A model generated the notes under the pieces. The model searched no databases, was not told the DNA's origin, and worked only from the letters and a program-made list of their open reading frames with translations. From positions 1 to 50,732 of the forward strand of contig JAQCCA010000001.1 of the NCBI GenBank assembly GCA_027621155.1: 50,732 nucleotides of DNA, written 5' to 3'. How positions within the stretch are numbered: the stretch's first letter is position 1; each line of letters opens with the position of its first letter. The stretch is from Pseudomonadota bacterium. Lineage in GTDB: Bacteria; Pseudomonadota; Gammaproteobacteria; Francisellales; Francisellaceae. This document shows positions 8,782 through 19,029 of this stretch, piece by piece. A program made the translations under genes and the position numbers.

Positions 8782-11334
8782 TTACTCATCTAACGATTTT
8801 AGATATTTCAAAAACTTATGCGCCAGTAATTGGCGCTTACTCTGTTTGATGATCGGTTGATCATTGCTATCTGTAATATAAAAACTATCCTCAATTGAGA
8901 ATCCAGAGGTGTGAATTCGTGCGCGTGTAATATTAAGGTTGTGCATTTCAAAAAAATAGCAAAGTGCAGCAAGAAGACCCGGTCGATCAGGGTATTTAAC
9001 AATGACCTTGCTGTAGTTTTTATGTCGAGGACTCAAAATTTGCACATTCTTCTTTAGGCGCTTTATGGTTGACTTATCAGTTACTAAGGCATTTAACTTA
9101 GTGGGGGCATAATCTATTCTGTGAGGTGTCAATTGCGTTTCTAAATGCTGCTCTAGCCATAGCAGCTCTTGCTCGTTTTGCAGTGGCTGATAACTTAAAT
9201 TAGTAATGCTAAATTGATAAAGCATTTGATTATCGGGAAGTTTGAAAAAGCTTGCTTCGGTGATGTTGATGCTAGCTTTATATAGTAGATAACATAGCGA
9301 TGACAATCTAATTTCCTTATCGGTAATTAAAATCAGTAATAGCGTTTGATTCAAGCTATGATCAAAATGCGTGTGGATTGAGAGACTGTGGTTGTTGTTG
9401 ATCATCTGTTGGCAAAGTATGTTATTTTGCCAGATCAAGGTGGCTAATGCCTGTTCTGTAAAGTAGCGAGCTGGTAGATTCTGCCATAGTGACATGGTCA
9501 TATTGTGATCATCGCATTCTAGCTGTGCCAGAATTTTCTTTTGCGTTTCACCAACTTGCTCTTTAAGCGTGAGCTTTACGGATCTGCTCAACAGTTCACT
9601 GGTGCGTGTATACAGATGCTCGAACATCGTTTGTTGCCACTGTGTCCACAATGCGGGGTTGGTGCCTTTAATATCGGCAATGGTCAAAAGAAATAAGCTA
9701 TCAAGATAATATGGGCTTTGGCAAAATTCAGCAAATTGCGCGATAACCGCATCGTCATAGATATCTTCCTTTTTGACCATACGCGAAAATGCTAAGTGAT
9801 GTTTAACCAACCATGACAAGAGATGGATTTCATCTTGTTTTAAACGCCAAATTTCAGCATATTTTTGCACAAGGCGCGCGCCGAATTTACTATGATCTAC
9901 ACCGGAACCTTTACCAATGTCATGAAAGAATGCGGCAATATACAATAGTCGTTGCGCAGGATGCTTAAGCATCACCTGATAAGCTAATGGGAAGTCTTGT
10001 TCAAAATGAGCTGTCCGCATGCTGCGCAGGTTGCTAATAACCTCAATCGTATGGCGATCAACAGTGTATTGATGATATAGATCAAACTGCATCTGTCCTT
10101 TGCTAATGGCAAACTCAGGGATGATTTTTTCAACAATCCCTAAATCCATCATAATACTTAGCGCACCTTTGATATTGTATGGATAGGTGAAAATCGCTAA
10201 AAACTGTTGCTGTAATATTTGGTTGGAAAGTAAATTTTTCTTAGCTAATGGTGCAAGTAGTTGCAGTGTATTGCGAACGATTTGAGCATCAAGTGTTTTA
10301 ACTTCTTGGTGTTGGCAGAAGTATTTAAAAGGTATCAAAATATTGTTTATATGTGTGGGGTAGTTATTCTGTGTATGCTTTAAAATGCCACCATGGATAC
10401 TAAAACCGTCACTAAGTGCTATATCATTGCTGATTACTTGAGATGCCATTAATTCATGGAAGATGATGCGGTTAATAAGTTTAACGTGACGAATGCTGTT
10501 ATAGTAATGCTGCATAAATAACTCAATGCTTTTATGTGGCTTTTTGTGCTTAAAACCAAAAAACTCAGCAATCATAAGTTGTTTGTCAATCAGTAGTGAA
10601 TTTTGCTCGCGTTGATACAAAATATGCAAATAAAAGCGAATAGCAGAAAGCAAGCGATGCGCCTTACTTAAACTCGTTAACTCATCTGCAGTAATATAAT
10701 AATGCTCAACAAGATAATGTAAATTTACCTTTGGGTGGAGATAAATCAACAGCCAGTGAATACTTTGCAAGTAGCGCAGATTGCCCACAGTATTTTTAAG
10801 ATCGGGTTGTTGGTTGATTGGGAAGTTACTGTCACGGTCAATTTGCTCAGCATATTTGCTATAAATAAAGTCGCGATGAACAGGAAGATTTTGTTTGCTT
10901 TCAACTAATGACTTAAATGTGTCAAAGAGTAGCTCATTGCCACAGATGAAACGTGCATCCAAAATAGCAGTGAGTAAATTGATATCATTGTTAGCATGTT
11001 GCAGGGCACTACTGATAGTATGAGTTGAATAGCCAACTTTAATTGGCAAGCTTTGTAATTCTTGAATAAATGTCAAAAGTTCGGGACTTTCTAGTGCCTT
11101 ATCATTTTCTGCCAAAAACAATAAATCAAGATCTGAATATAACGCGCGATCCTGACGACCATAGCCGCCAATGGCAATCAAAGCAATATGCGCTATTTGC
11201 TGCGGGAAATATCCTATCAATAGTTTATCAATGCGCTTGCTGTAAATAAGTAGAGTCTTATAGATAGAGTGTTTTTTCTTAAGAAAAATATCAGTAACAT
11301 CATGCATAATGCCTTGGCAGTGTTGTTTCATCAT
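8782..11334 (-). CDS. glnD: PII uridylyltransferase/uridylyl-removing enzyme
   Basis: AIGGYGR....YSDLDLL nucleotidyltransferase motif, QPDLK...G.LR, MQFDLYHQYTVDRHT and FHDIGKG HD domain, C-terminal ACT (DRPGLL..EDSFYI); start codon uncertain. Confidence 0.9.
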   Translation of the reverse strand: MMKQHCQGIMHDVTDIFLKKKHSIYKTLLIYSKRIDKLLIGYFPQQIAHIALIAIGGYGRQDRALYSDLDLLFLAENDKALESPELLTFIQELQSLPIKVGYSTHTISSALQHANNDINLLTAILDARFICGNELLFDTFKSLVESKQNLPVHRDFIYSKYAEQIDRDSNFPINQQPDLKNTVGNLRYLQSIHWLLIYLHPKVNLHYLVEHYYITADELTSLSKAHRLLSAIRFYLHILYQREQNSLLIDKQLMIAEFFGFKHKKPHKSIELFMQHYYNSIRHVKLINRIIFHELMASQVISNDIALSDGFSIHGGILKHTQNNYPTHINNILIPFKYFCQHQEVKTLDAQIVRNTLQLLAPLAKKNLLSNQILQQQFLAIFTYPYNIKGALSIMMDLGIVEKIIPEFAISKGQMQFDLYHQYTVDRHTIEVISNLRSMRTAHFEQDFPLAYQVMLKHPAQRLLYIAAFFHDIGKGSGVDHSKFGARLVQKYAEIWRLKQDEIHLLSWLVKHHLAFSRMVKKEDIYDDAVIAQFAEFCQSPYYLDSLFLLTIADIKGTNPALWTQWQQTMFEHLYTRTSELLSRSVKLTLKEQVGETQKKILAQLECDDHNMTMSLWQNLPARYFTEQALATLIWQNNILCQQMINNNHSLSIHTHFDHSLNQTLLLILITDKEIRLSSLCYLLYKASINITEASFFKLPDNQMLYQFSITNLSYQPLQNEQELLWLEQHLETQLTPHRIDYAPTKLNALVTDKSTIKRLKKNVQILSPRHKNYSKVIVKYPDRPGLLAALCYFFEMHNLNITRARIHTSGFSIEDSFYITDSNDQPIIKQSKRQLLAHKFLKYLKSLDE

Positions 11335-11374
11335 GGAGTAGACAAAAAGCTAAGATAAGAATAACTCTAGATTT

Positions 11375-11432
11375 TATACTCATTACAAACTGCTACGCAA
11401 TGAAACACCGCAAATGATTAACGAATGGTATA
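11375..11432. repeat. Short relative of the 7746-7911 element
   Basis: 11385-11432 aligns ungapped to 7864-7911 at 37/48 nt (hand count); bounded by TATAC..GTATA. Confidence 0.7.
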
Positions 11433-11480
11433 GTCGTAATACGCAAAATGATAAATGAAAAGTCTAGTTCTTAGACAGGG

Positions 11481-11693
11481 CTATTTGCTTCTAAGAAACC
11501 TGCGAATGCGTAAGATAAGGTAAGCAACCACAATAAGTGCAATAACAAGTGCAATGATCGGATGTTCTTGCACAATTTGTGGAATAAAAGATAGCGTTGC
11601 TGGAATATTCATTTCAGTGATTATTCGTTCTGCTGCATAGCTGCTGTTATAGAGCATTGCCGCGAATGTTGCAAAACATAGTAAAAATCGCAT
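11481..11693 (-). CDS. Small hypothetical membrane protein
   Basis: 70 aa with signal-like N-terminus, C-terminal TM helix and basic tail; extended -10 TGCTACAAT on minus strand at 11725-11733. Confidence 0.6.
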   Translation of the reverse strand: MRFLLCFATFAAMLYNSSYAAERIITEMNIPATLSFIPQIVQEHPIIALVIALIVVAYLILRIRRFLRSK

Positions 11694-11827
11694 CTTACAC
11701 CATGGTAGCTATTAAAGTGCAGAGATTGTAGCATGGAAATGTGAGATATTAACCATCGACAAGTAGATTTTTTCTCAATCTTTGTAAAAAACACGCTATT
11801 TAAGTCAATTATAAAGTCATTAACTGG

Positions 11828-13849
11828 CTATAATAGATACTTTTCTTTGATGGTTTTGATCTGGTCACGCACGTGTCCAGCTTCTTCAAACTCGAGATTT
11901 CGCGCATGTTCTTTCATCGACTTTTCGAGTTTTTTAACCAATATTATGGCTTCTTTAACGCCGAGAACTTCATCAACTGCAATATCTCTCACCTTTTTAC
12001 GAGCATTGTTCTTTGCCGCCTTTTTACTAAATTCAGGTGATAATTCTAATAAGTCACCAACCTTCTTTTTAATGGATGTCGGCGTAATACCGTGATCAGT
12101 ATTAAACTGCTGTTGTTTGTTGCGCCGCCGCAATGTTTCATCCATCGCGCGCTGCATTGATCCGGTAATTACCTCAGCATATAAAATAGCTTTACCATTA
12201 ATGTGCCGTGCAGTGCGGCCAATAGTCTGGATCAATGATCTCTCGGATCTTAAGAAACCTTCTTTATCCGCATCAAAGATTAAAACCGTGCTGACTTCAG
12301 GCATATCCAAGCCTTCACGTAATAGATTGATGCCAACCAGTACATCAAAGACGCCAATGCGTAGATCGCGAATAATCTCAACACGTTCAACGGTGTCGAC
12401 ATCAGCATGAAGATAACGGACATTGACCCCGTGTTCAGATAAGTAATCTGTGAGATCCTCAGCCATACGCTTAGTAAGGGTTGTGATAAGAATGCGCTCA
12501 TCTTTTTGTACCGCTTTGTTTATCTCAGATAATGCATCTTCCACTTGGATGCTGACCGATCTAACTTCAACCAAAGGATCAAGTAATCCTGTTGGGCGTA
12601 CGACTTGTTCAGCTACATTTTGTTGATGCTCTTTTTCATAATCGGCAGGTGTAGCTGAGACATAAATTGCTTGGGTAACTAATGCTTCAAATTCATGGAA
12701 TTTAAGCGGGCGATTATCCAGTGCCGAAGGCAGACGAAAACCATAATTAACAAGATTTTCTTTGCGTGAGCGATCTCCTTTGTACATACCGCCAAATTGA
12801 GGGATGGTAACGTGCGACTCATCAATCACAATAAATGCGTTTTGCGGTAAATAATCCAGTAATGTCGGCGGTGGCTCGCCAGGCGCACGAGCTGACAAAA
12901 GACGTGAATAATTCTCAATGCCTGTGCAGTAACCTAATTCATTAATCATTTCAATATCATATAGTGTGCGTTGTTCAATGCGCTGGGCTTCAATCAGGCG
13001 GTTTTCTTTTTGAAAATAGGCAACACGCTCACGTAATTCATCTTTGATTTCATCAACCATGGTTTTTTGGCGTTCTTTTGAGCTGACATAATGCGTGCTT
13101 GGGAATATGGTTGCGCGATAGGTATTCGCAGTGATTTTGCCAGTAAGGGGATCGATGAGTTTAATGCTTTCGATTTCATCATCAAATAGCTCAACTCTCA
13201 CGGCATCTTTATCAGAGTCTGCAGGAAATATGTCGATAACCTCACCACGCACACGATAGGTTCCGCGTGAGAAATCCATATCATTGCGATGATACTGCAT
13301 GTCACTTAAGCGTCTTAAAATACTGCGTTGATCGATTTGTTCACCGACTTTAAGGTGCAGTAGCATCTGCATATACTGCTCAGGATCGCCCAAGCCATAA
13401 ATGGCTGATACGGTGGCAACAATGATTACATCTTGGCGTTCTAAAATCGCTTTGGTGGCAGATAAGCGCATTTGCTCAACATGTTCATTAATCGATGAGT
13501 CTTTTTCGATATAAGTGTCTGATGCAGCAACATAAGCTTCAGGCTGATAATAATCATAATACGATACAAAATATTCCACGGCGTTTTTTGGAAAAAACTC
13601 TTTCATCTCGGCATATAATTGCGCGGCAAGTGTTTTATTGTGGGCAAGAATCAAAGTTGGGCGTTGAACGTTTTGAATAACATTAGCCACAGTATAGGTT
13701 TTCCCTGAGCCAGTGACACCAAGTAATGTTTGGTGTCTTAAACCTGCTTTTAAACCTTGAGTTAAGGATGCAATTGCGGTTGGTTGGTCTCCTGCAGGAG
13801 TGTAGTTTGTATGGAGTTCAAAGGCATTTTGTTTTCTTTCTAAGTGCAT
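11828..13849 (-). CDS. uvrB: Excinuclease ABC subunit B
   Basis: [21 protein letters not shown] beta-hairpin, [27 protein letters not shown]-terminal UVR domain. Confidence 0.98.
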   Translation of the reverse strand: MHLERKQNAFELHTNYTPAGDQPTAIASLTQGLKAGLRHQTLLGVTGSGKTYTVANVIQNVQRPTLILAHNKTLAAQLYAEMKEFFPKNAVEYFVSYYDYYQPEAYVAASDTYIEKDSSINEHVEQMRLSATKAILERQDVIIVATVSAIYGLGDPEQYMQMLLHLKVGEQIDQRSILRRLSDMQYHRNDMDFSRGTYRVRGEVIDIFPADSDKDAVRVELFDDEIESIKLIDPLTGKITANTYRATIFPSTHYVSSKERQKTMVDEIKDELRERVAYFQKENRLIEAQRIEQRTLYDIEMINELGYCTGIENYSRLLSARAPGEPPPTLLDYLPQNAFIVIDESHVTIPQFGGMYKGDRSRKENLVNYGFRLPSALDNRPLKFHEFEALVTQAIYVSATPADYEKEHQQNVAEQVVRPTGLLDPLVEVRSVSIQVEDALSEINKAVQKDERILITTLTKRMAEDLTDYLSEHGVNVRYLHADVDTVERVEIIRDLRIGVFDVLVGINLLREGLDMPEVSTVLIFDADKEGFLRSERSLIQTIGRTARHINGKAILYAEVITGSMQRAMDETLRRRNKQQQFNTDHGITPTSIKKKVGDLLELSPEFSKKAAKNNARKKVRDIAVDEVLGVKEAIILVKKLEKSMKEHARNLEFEEAGHVRDQIKTIKEKYLL

Positions 13850-14051
13850 TGTGAAGCCGCTAATTTTAATTCAAACACGAGCTATGATAGCAAAGCTGTG
13901 CGTTTATGCGACATTAAAACATGGCAATTTGATTACAGTGATTTCAGCGAAAACGTAAGCATTAAAGTGTAGATCTCATTATGCAAGCTTTAAATTTACT
14001 TCTATCCTTAACAGTACAAGAAAATTAAAGAGTTAGATAAGGATATTCATC

Positions 14052-14309
14052 ATGAGTAGCAATATAGAAAGATTTATTTATGCCATTGCTGAAATGCGCT
14101 ATGAAGAAGCAAGACGTAATCCGCAAGATGAACCGCGCTTTATGTTAAGCTTAGTCACTGAGGAAATTGAGCGTGGTTTAATTGAGGCGACTTTGGCGTA
14201 TACAGGATTTCATTTAAGTAATACCGCTGAAGTATTGGGTATAAGCCCTGCGACTTTGAAAGCTAAAATCAAAAAGTATGATATTTTTGTATTGGATTTT
14301 TCAAGTTAG
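14052..14309 (+). CDS. Fis-family helix-turn-helix protein (divergent paralog)
   Basis: E.E..LI...L.YTG....TAEVLGIS..TLK.KIKKY resembles the Fis/HTH_8 C-terminus; AAGGA RBS. Confidence 0.7.
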   Translation: MSSNIERFIYAIAEMRYEEARRNPQDEPRFMLSLVTEEIERGLIEATLAYTGFHLSNTAEVLGISPATLKAKIKKYDIFVLDFSS

Positions 14310-14335
14310 TCATAATGAAAAAAGTTGCAGTAATG

Positions 14336-14393
14336 ATTACCTCGCCCATGCGGGAGCGGTCGTGCAGAGCAGACTGTGCGGGTGAGGGGTAAT
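14336..14393. repeat. GC-rich CCTCGCCC...GGGTGAGGGG (boxC/REP-like) stem-loop between convergent genes; possible terminator
   Basis: ATTACCTCGCCC pairs with GGGTGAGG(GG)TAAT; GC-rich island in AT-rich spacer. Confidence 0.55.
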
Positions 14394-14406
14394 TAAAGTT
14401 AGCTAC

Positions 14407-15381
14407 TTAAGCGATACCCTCGCGCAGTAAATCATGCATGTGGATAATGCCAGCAATTTCATTTTGATGATTTAAAACCGCCAATGTGGTAATTTTCAAT
14501 TGATTCATAAGGCTTAGGGCTTCAATTGCCATTGCATCTTCGGTAATTGTCTTTGGTCTTTTGCCCATAACTTCTGCAATGTTAAGCCCTTTTTGATAAA
14601 GGGATTGCTGGAAAATTCTACGCAAATCACCATCGGTAAAAATGCCATTGAGTGTTTTGTTATCATCAGATATCAGTGTCATTCCTAAGCCTTTAGAGCT
14701 GATCTCTAAAATCGCATCTTCCAATGTGCTTTGAGAGGTTACAATCGGCAGCGATGCACCTGTTTTCATCAGATCAGATACTTTTAACAACAAACGCTTG
14801 CCTAATGCACCACTTGGGTGTGAGTTGGCGAAATCTTCCGCACTAAAGTTTTTAGCATTTAATAGTGCAATCGCTAAGGCATCACCCAACACCAATGTTG
14901 CTGTTGTGCTTGATGTTGGTGCTAAATTGTGCGGACAAGCTTCTTTTTCAACCCCAAGATTCAGTGAAATATCCGCAGCTTGCGCCAATGCTGACTGCGG
15001 TTTGCTAGATATGGCAATAAGTGGTATATCAAGGCGTTTGATCATTGGAATTAATGACGTTAACTCAGGCGTTGAGCCAGAATTTGAGATGGCAATGACT
15101 ACATCTTGACGCGTAATCATGCCAAAATCGCCGTGTCCTGCTTCAGCTGGATGGACGAAGAATGCAGGTGTTCCCGTGCTAGCAAGAGTCGCAGCAATCT
15201 TTGAGGCGATATGCCCTGATTTGCCCATACCGATGATAATCACGCGCCCTTGGCATTTGAGAATCAACTCACAAGCGGCGATGAAATTGTCGCCAATATG
15301 CTTTTTAAGCTGCTCAAGTGTTTCAATTTCTAGATTGATTGTTTTTAGTGCATCTTGAGCAAAAGGATGGTTGTTTGACAT
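14407..15381 (-). CDS. kdsD: Arabinose-5-phosphate isomerase, KpsF/GutQ family
   Basis: GMGKSGHI..KIAATLASTGTPAFFVHP.EA.HGD.G, EACP..LAPT.ST, HP.G.LG, two CBS domains. Confidence 0.93.
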   Translation of the reverse strand: MSNNHPFAQDALKTINLEIETLEQLKKHIGDNFIAACELILKCQGRVIIIGMGKSGHIASKIAATLASTGTPAFFVHPAEAGHGDFGMITRQDVVIAISNSGSTPELTSLIPMIKRLDIPLIAISSKPQSALAQAADISLNLGVEKEACPHNLAPTSSTTATLVLGDALAIALLNAKNFSAEDFANSHPSGALGKRLLLKVSDLMKTGASLPIVTSQSTLEDAILEISSKGLGMTLISDDNKTLNGIFTDGDLRRIFQQSLYQKGLNIAEVMGKRPKTITEDAMAIEALSLMNQLKITTLAVLNHQNEIAGIIHMHDLLREGIA

Positions 15382-15449
15382 AATAAAATCAAATAATAAA
15401 GCATTTTCAATGCGTGTTATTGTAAGTGAGGATAGGGTAAAACATCAAC

Positions 15450-17192
15450 CTAGTGACATGGATTTAATGTTGCTTTGCCAGTTTGCTTGGCACAGACCTT
15501 TTGCAAAACAGCGTCAATGGTATAAGAGATCTCAGATTTTTGTTGTGTTTTGCGGCATTTGTATTCGATGATGTCACTCTCTAGTCCGCGTTCACCAATA
15601 ATCAGCTGGTGTGGCGCACCAATTAAATCCGCATCAGCAAACATAATACCTGGTCGTTCTTTGCGATCATCAAATAAAACATCAAAGCCGGCAGCTCTAA
15701 GGTCATTATAAAGTTTATTGGCAACCTCGAAGACTTTAGTTGATTTATGCATGTTCATTGGAATGATCAAGATATCATACGGTGCGATCTCACTTGGCCA
15801 AATAATGCCATTATCATCATGCGACTGCTCGATTGCCGCCGCAATAATCCGTGTGATACCAAAACCATAGCAGCCCATGATAAGATCCTGCTTCTTGCCA
15901 TTTTCATCAAGAATATTAGCGTTCATCGCTTTGGAGTAGTTGTCACCCAGTTGGAAAATATGCCCAACTTCAATACCGCTTGTAAGCTCAAGTGTGCCCT
16001 TGCCATCAGGAGATATATCGCCGACAACTGCATTGCGAAGATCAGCAACATCATAGCTTTTAATATCGCGATCCCAGTTTGCACCAAAGAAGTGAAAATC
16101 ATCTTCATTAGCTCCACATACAAAGTCGTGTAACATGACAGCACTATGATCAGCAATCACTTTAATCGGTGAATTAACAGGACCTAAAGAGCCAATATTG
16201 GCATTAAATGCTTGTTGTATTTCGGCTTCGGTAGCAAAAGTAAAGGGTGCGTTGATTTGAGGTAACTTTTTGATTTTGATCTCATTTAACTCATGATCAC
16301 CGCGCAGCACTAAGGCAAAGAGTGTATTGTCACTGTCCTTGATAATAATGGTTTTGATCGTGTTTTCAGGTAACAAGTCAAACTGCTGACAAATATCGCT
16401 AATGGTTTTTAAGTTAGGTGTTGCGATCTTTTCAAGTGATTGAGAAGGAGACTTGCGTGTCGTGAGATCTGGCTTTAAATACTCTGCCATTTCAATATTG
16501 GCAGCATAATCACTTTGATTGCTGTAGCAAACAATATCTTCGCCTGCTGCGGCAAGCACCTGAAACTCATGTGTTTTGCTGCCGCCAATGGCGCCAGCAT
16601 CAGCATTAACGACACGAAACTTAAGCCCCATACGCGTTAGGATATTACAATATGCTTGATGCATTTTCTGATAGGTGTCTTCTAAGCAATCATAATTGCT
16701 GTGAAATGAGTAAGCATCTTTCATAATAAATTCACGTGCGCGCATCACACCAAAGCGTGGACGTATCTCATCGCGAAATTTTGTTTGGATTTGATATAGG
16801 TTAAGTGGTAGTTGTTTATAACTTTTAATTTCTTTGCGTGCAATGTCAACAATCGACTCTTCATGTGTTGGTCCATAGCAGAAATCACGCTCATGGCGAT
16901 CTTGCATTTTTAGAAGCTCAGGACCGAATTTTTGCCAACGATGCGTTTCTTGCAGTAGCTCAGCAGGCAATATGCTCGGCATTAAAATCTCACAGGCGCC
17001 TGCGTTATCCATCTCCTCACGGACGATTGTTTGCACTTTTTGCAGCACTTTCATCCCTGTGGGTAGCCATTGATAAATACCTGAGGCAAGTTTGCGAATT
17101 AAGCCGGCACGTAACATATACTGATGACTGATTAATTCAGCGTCTTTTGGTGTTTCTTTTTCAGTGGCAAGTAAAGTTTGCGATACTCTCAT
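15450..17192 (-). CDS. proS: Proline--tRNA ligase (bacterial type with insertion editing domain)
   Basis: [46 protein letters not shown]. Confidence 0.97.
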   Translation of the reverse strand: MRVSQTLLATEKETPKDAELISHQYMLRAGLIRKLASGIYQWLPTGMKVLQKVQTIVREEMDNAGACEILMPSILPAELLQETHRWQKFGPELLKMQDRHERDFCYGPTHEESIVDIARKEIKSYKQLPLNLYQIQTKFRDEIRPRFGVMRAREFIMKDAYSFHSNYDCLEDTYQKMHQAYCNILTRMGLKFRVVNADAGAIGGSKTHEFQVLAAAGEDIVCYSNQSDYAANIEMAEYLKPDLTTRKSPSQSLEKIATPNLKTISDICQQFDLLPENTIKTIIIKDSDNTLFALVLRGDHELNEIKIKKLPQINAPFTFATEAEIQQAFNANIGSLGPVNSPIKVIADHSAVMLHDFVCGANEDDFHFFGANWDRDIKSYDVADLRNAVVGDISPDGKGTLELTSGIEVGHIFQLGDNYSKAMNANILDENGKKQDLIMGCYGFGITRIIAAAIEQSHDDNGIIWPSEIAPYDILIIPMNMHKSTKVFEVANKLYNDLRAAGFDVLFDDRKERPGIMFADADLIGAPHQLIIGERGLESDIIEYKCRKTQQKSEISYTIDAVLQKVCAKQTGKATLNPCH

Positions 17193-17228
17193 ATTAGAAT
17201 CTTGTGAAAAGCAATGTGTGGGGTTACG

Positions 17229-17480
17229 TTAGCTCGTTTTTTGAGTCGGTTCAAGCGGATTTTCGGAATTTGTTTTATTTGGTTTATCTGTTAAGAATTG
17301 ATTGCGTAAAAAAGTGTATAAAACCATTGCTAAAGGAGCTGCATAAACCCAGTAAACAACATGACCTTTGACGATAATGCTAAAGTTATTGAAATAGAAA
17401 ATAGAGGTAAGTGAGGCAATAAAGGTAATGCAAGCAAGAAAGAAGATAGCATCAGCAATATAACGGAGTTTTTGTTTCAT
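17229..17480 (-). CDS. Small hypothetical two-TM membrane protein
   Basis: Start set at ATG 17480 (MKQKL) with GGAG RBS; two hydrophobic segments. Confidence 0.6.
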   Translation of the reverse strand: MKQKLRYIADAIFFLACITFIASLTSIFYFNNFSIIVKGHVVYWVYAAPLAMVLYTFLRNQFLTDKPNKTNSENPLEPTQKTS

Positions 17481-17681
17481 GGCAGGTCTCCAATTAAGTA
17501 AACTATGCCAATTATATAATGCAAGCATGCAGTTGGGTAGTCGCGTTTAATTAAATGCTAACATTCCCAAGGATTAATATAAGGTACCTCAAATGCTTGA
17601 AATGCTTTCATTTCTGCAAATTTACGTTTAAATTTCTAATTTAATGATCAAACCAAAGTGTGTCTGATATATAAGCTTATA

Positions 17682-18332
17682 ATGATGATTGATATATGTG
17701 TTCTAAATCTAATCAAATTTGATGCGCTGGAAGCGCTTAATATATTACCGCTTGAAATTAGAGAGTATGTTCGAGACTTGAAACTGGAGCGTAAGCGTGT
17801 TGAGTATATCGCATCGCAATGGCTGCGTTATAAGCTGTTGAGTGAGTGCTTGGGTGTTGCTACCACTGAGTTGCGATTTTCAAAGACCAGCAATGGACGA
17901 CCATTTCTCATTGATAGCATGCTTGATTTTAATATTAGTCATACGCGTGATTATGTTGTTATTGCAATTGCCAAAGGTCAGCGTATTGGTGTCGATGTGC
18001 AGACTAAAAAAGAAAAAGTCGATGTGCTAGCGATAGCAAAGCAGTATTTTGCAAAGAGTGAGTATGACTTGATTGCGGCTAAGAAGGGCGAAGGTGCGCA
18101 GCGAGACGTTTTTTATTGGCTATGGGCATATAAAGAAGCAAGCCTTAAGCTGACTGGTGAGGGGGTTGCTAATGGTTTAAATCGTTATATTTTTGAAGTA
18201 ACTGAAAGTGGCGAATGCAAAAAGAAAAATGTCCAAGATAAATATTACTTCCATCAACAGTTAGATAACCACACACTGCTGTGCTTAAGTTTTGAGAAAA
18301 GTAATAGCAAGGTCAGATTAAATTTTTTGTAG
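17682..18332 (+). CDS. Sfp-type 4'-phosphopantetheinyl transferase
   Basis: GRP, FNISH, IGVDV, W..KEA..K..G.G motifs; start taken at ATG 17682. Confidence 0.88.
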   Translation: MMIDICVLNLIKFDALEALNILPLEIREYVRDLKLERKRVEYIASQWLRYKLLSECLGVATTELRFSKTSNGRPFLIDSMLDFNISHTRDYVVIAIAKGQRIGVDVQTKKEKVDVLAIAKQYFAKSEYDLIAAKKGEGAQRDVFYWLWAYKEASLKLTGEGVANGLNRYIFEVTESGECKKKNVQDKYYFHQQLDNHTLLCLSFEKSNSKVRLNFL

Positions 18333-18383
18333 AATTTAAGGCTATGACCATATTGCTGCCGACTTTAATTGTGTAAGCGTTGG

Positions 18384-18475
18384 CTGAGCGTAAGTCGAAG
18401 CCTCTATGAAGTGTGACTTTCCCCAGCTTACCGACTTCGACTGTTGCTCAGTGCATCGCTTCGACTTACGCTCAG
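18384..18475. repeat. REP-like cluster of three CTGAGCG..GTCGAAG units
   Basis: 18384-18401 is the perfect reverse complement of 18458-18475 (18 bp); a third degenerate unit at 18435-18451. Confidence 0.8.
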
Positions 18476-18531
18476 GGTACGGTCAATATTTAGTCTTGGT
18501 CGAGTTTAAAGAGTATTAGTTGCTAGAAAAG

Positions 18532-19029
18532 TTATTGCGGAGGTGTTGCCGTGCTATCTGCAGAAACATTAAGCTCCGCTTGACCAACAACTGCTTTGGT
18601 TGGGGTGTAAAGCACCTCAACTTTCCACACGCCTGGGCACGTCATTGCGCCATTCGCACTTTGGTGAGCAAGTGTTCTGTAAGCCCAAGAATAATCACTG
18701 GCTTCTTTGTATTTCATGATTGGGAATGTTGTGCTCACGCAGTGTGATTGACTAGGTGCAGTCCAGTGAAGTTTTAGATCGCCTTGTTTGGCGCCATTCC
18801 AGTCAGTATAAATTTTTGCAACCAAGCGACCATCTTTGGCGCTTAGTTTAACTGTTGAGCTTGGTAGTGAGCTGTTGCTTGTTGTTTGTGTTGAGTTGAC
18901 TGACGCTGGTGTTGACATTGCTGTAACAGATGCATCTGTGTTTTGTGGTGCTGGCGCTTTAGGTGATGTAGCGCAAGCAGATAATAACGCGGCACTGGAA
19001 ACAATGCCAAGTAGTGTGATTTTTCTCAT
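18532..19029 (-). CDS. Tul4/LpnA-family outer-membrane lipoprotein
   Basis: Lipobox LLSA-C, S/T-rich linker, then A.IYT..N...QG...L.W.AP..S.C..T.FPI.KY....D..WA ... C.G.W...V.Y matching remembered Francisella Tul4; start at ATG 19029 with AAGGA RBS. Confidence 0.8.
   Translation of the reverse strand: MRKITLLGIVSSAALLSACATSPKAPAPQNTDASVTAMSTPASVNSTQTTSNSSLPSSTVKLSAKDGRLVAKIYTDWNGAKQGDLKLHWTAPSQSHCVSTTFPIMKYKEASDYSWAYRTLAHQSANGAMTCPGVWKVEVLYTPTKAVVGQAELNVSADSTATPPQ

Noticed and set aside
13850-14051. LexA SOS box upstream of uvrB
   Set aside because: No CTGT-N8-ACAG found.
18384-18475. Possible mini CRISPR array
   Set aside because: Units are short, partly inverted and irregularly spaced, with no cas genes or leader.
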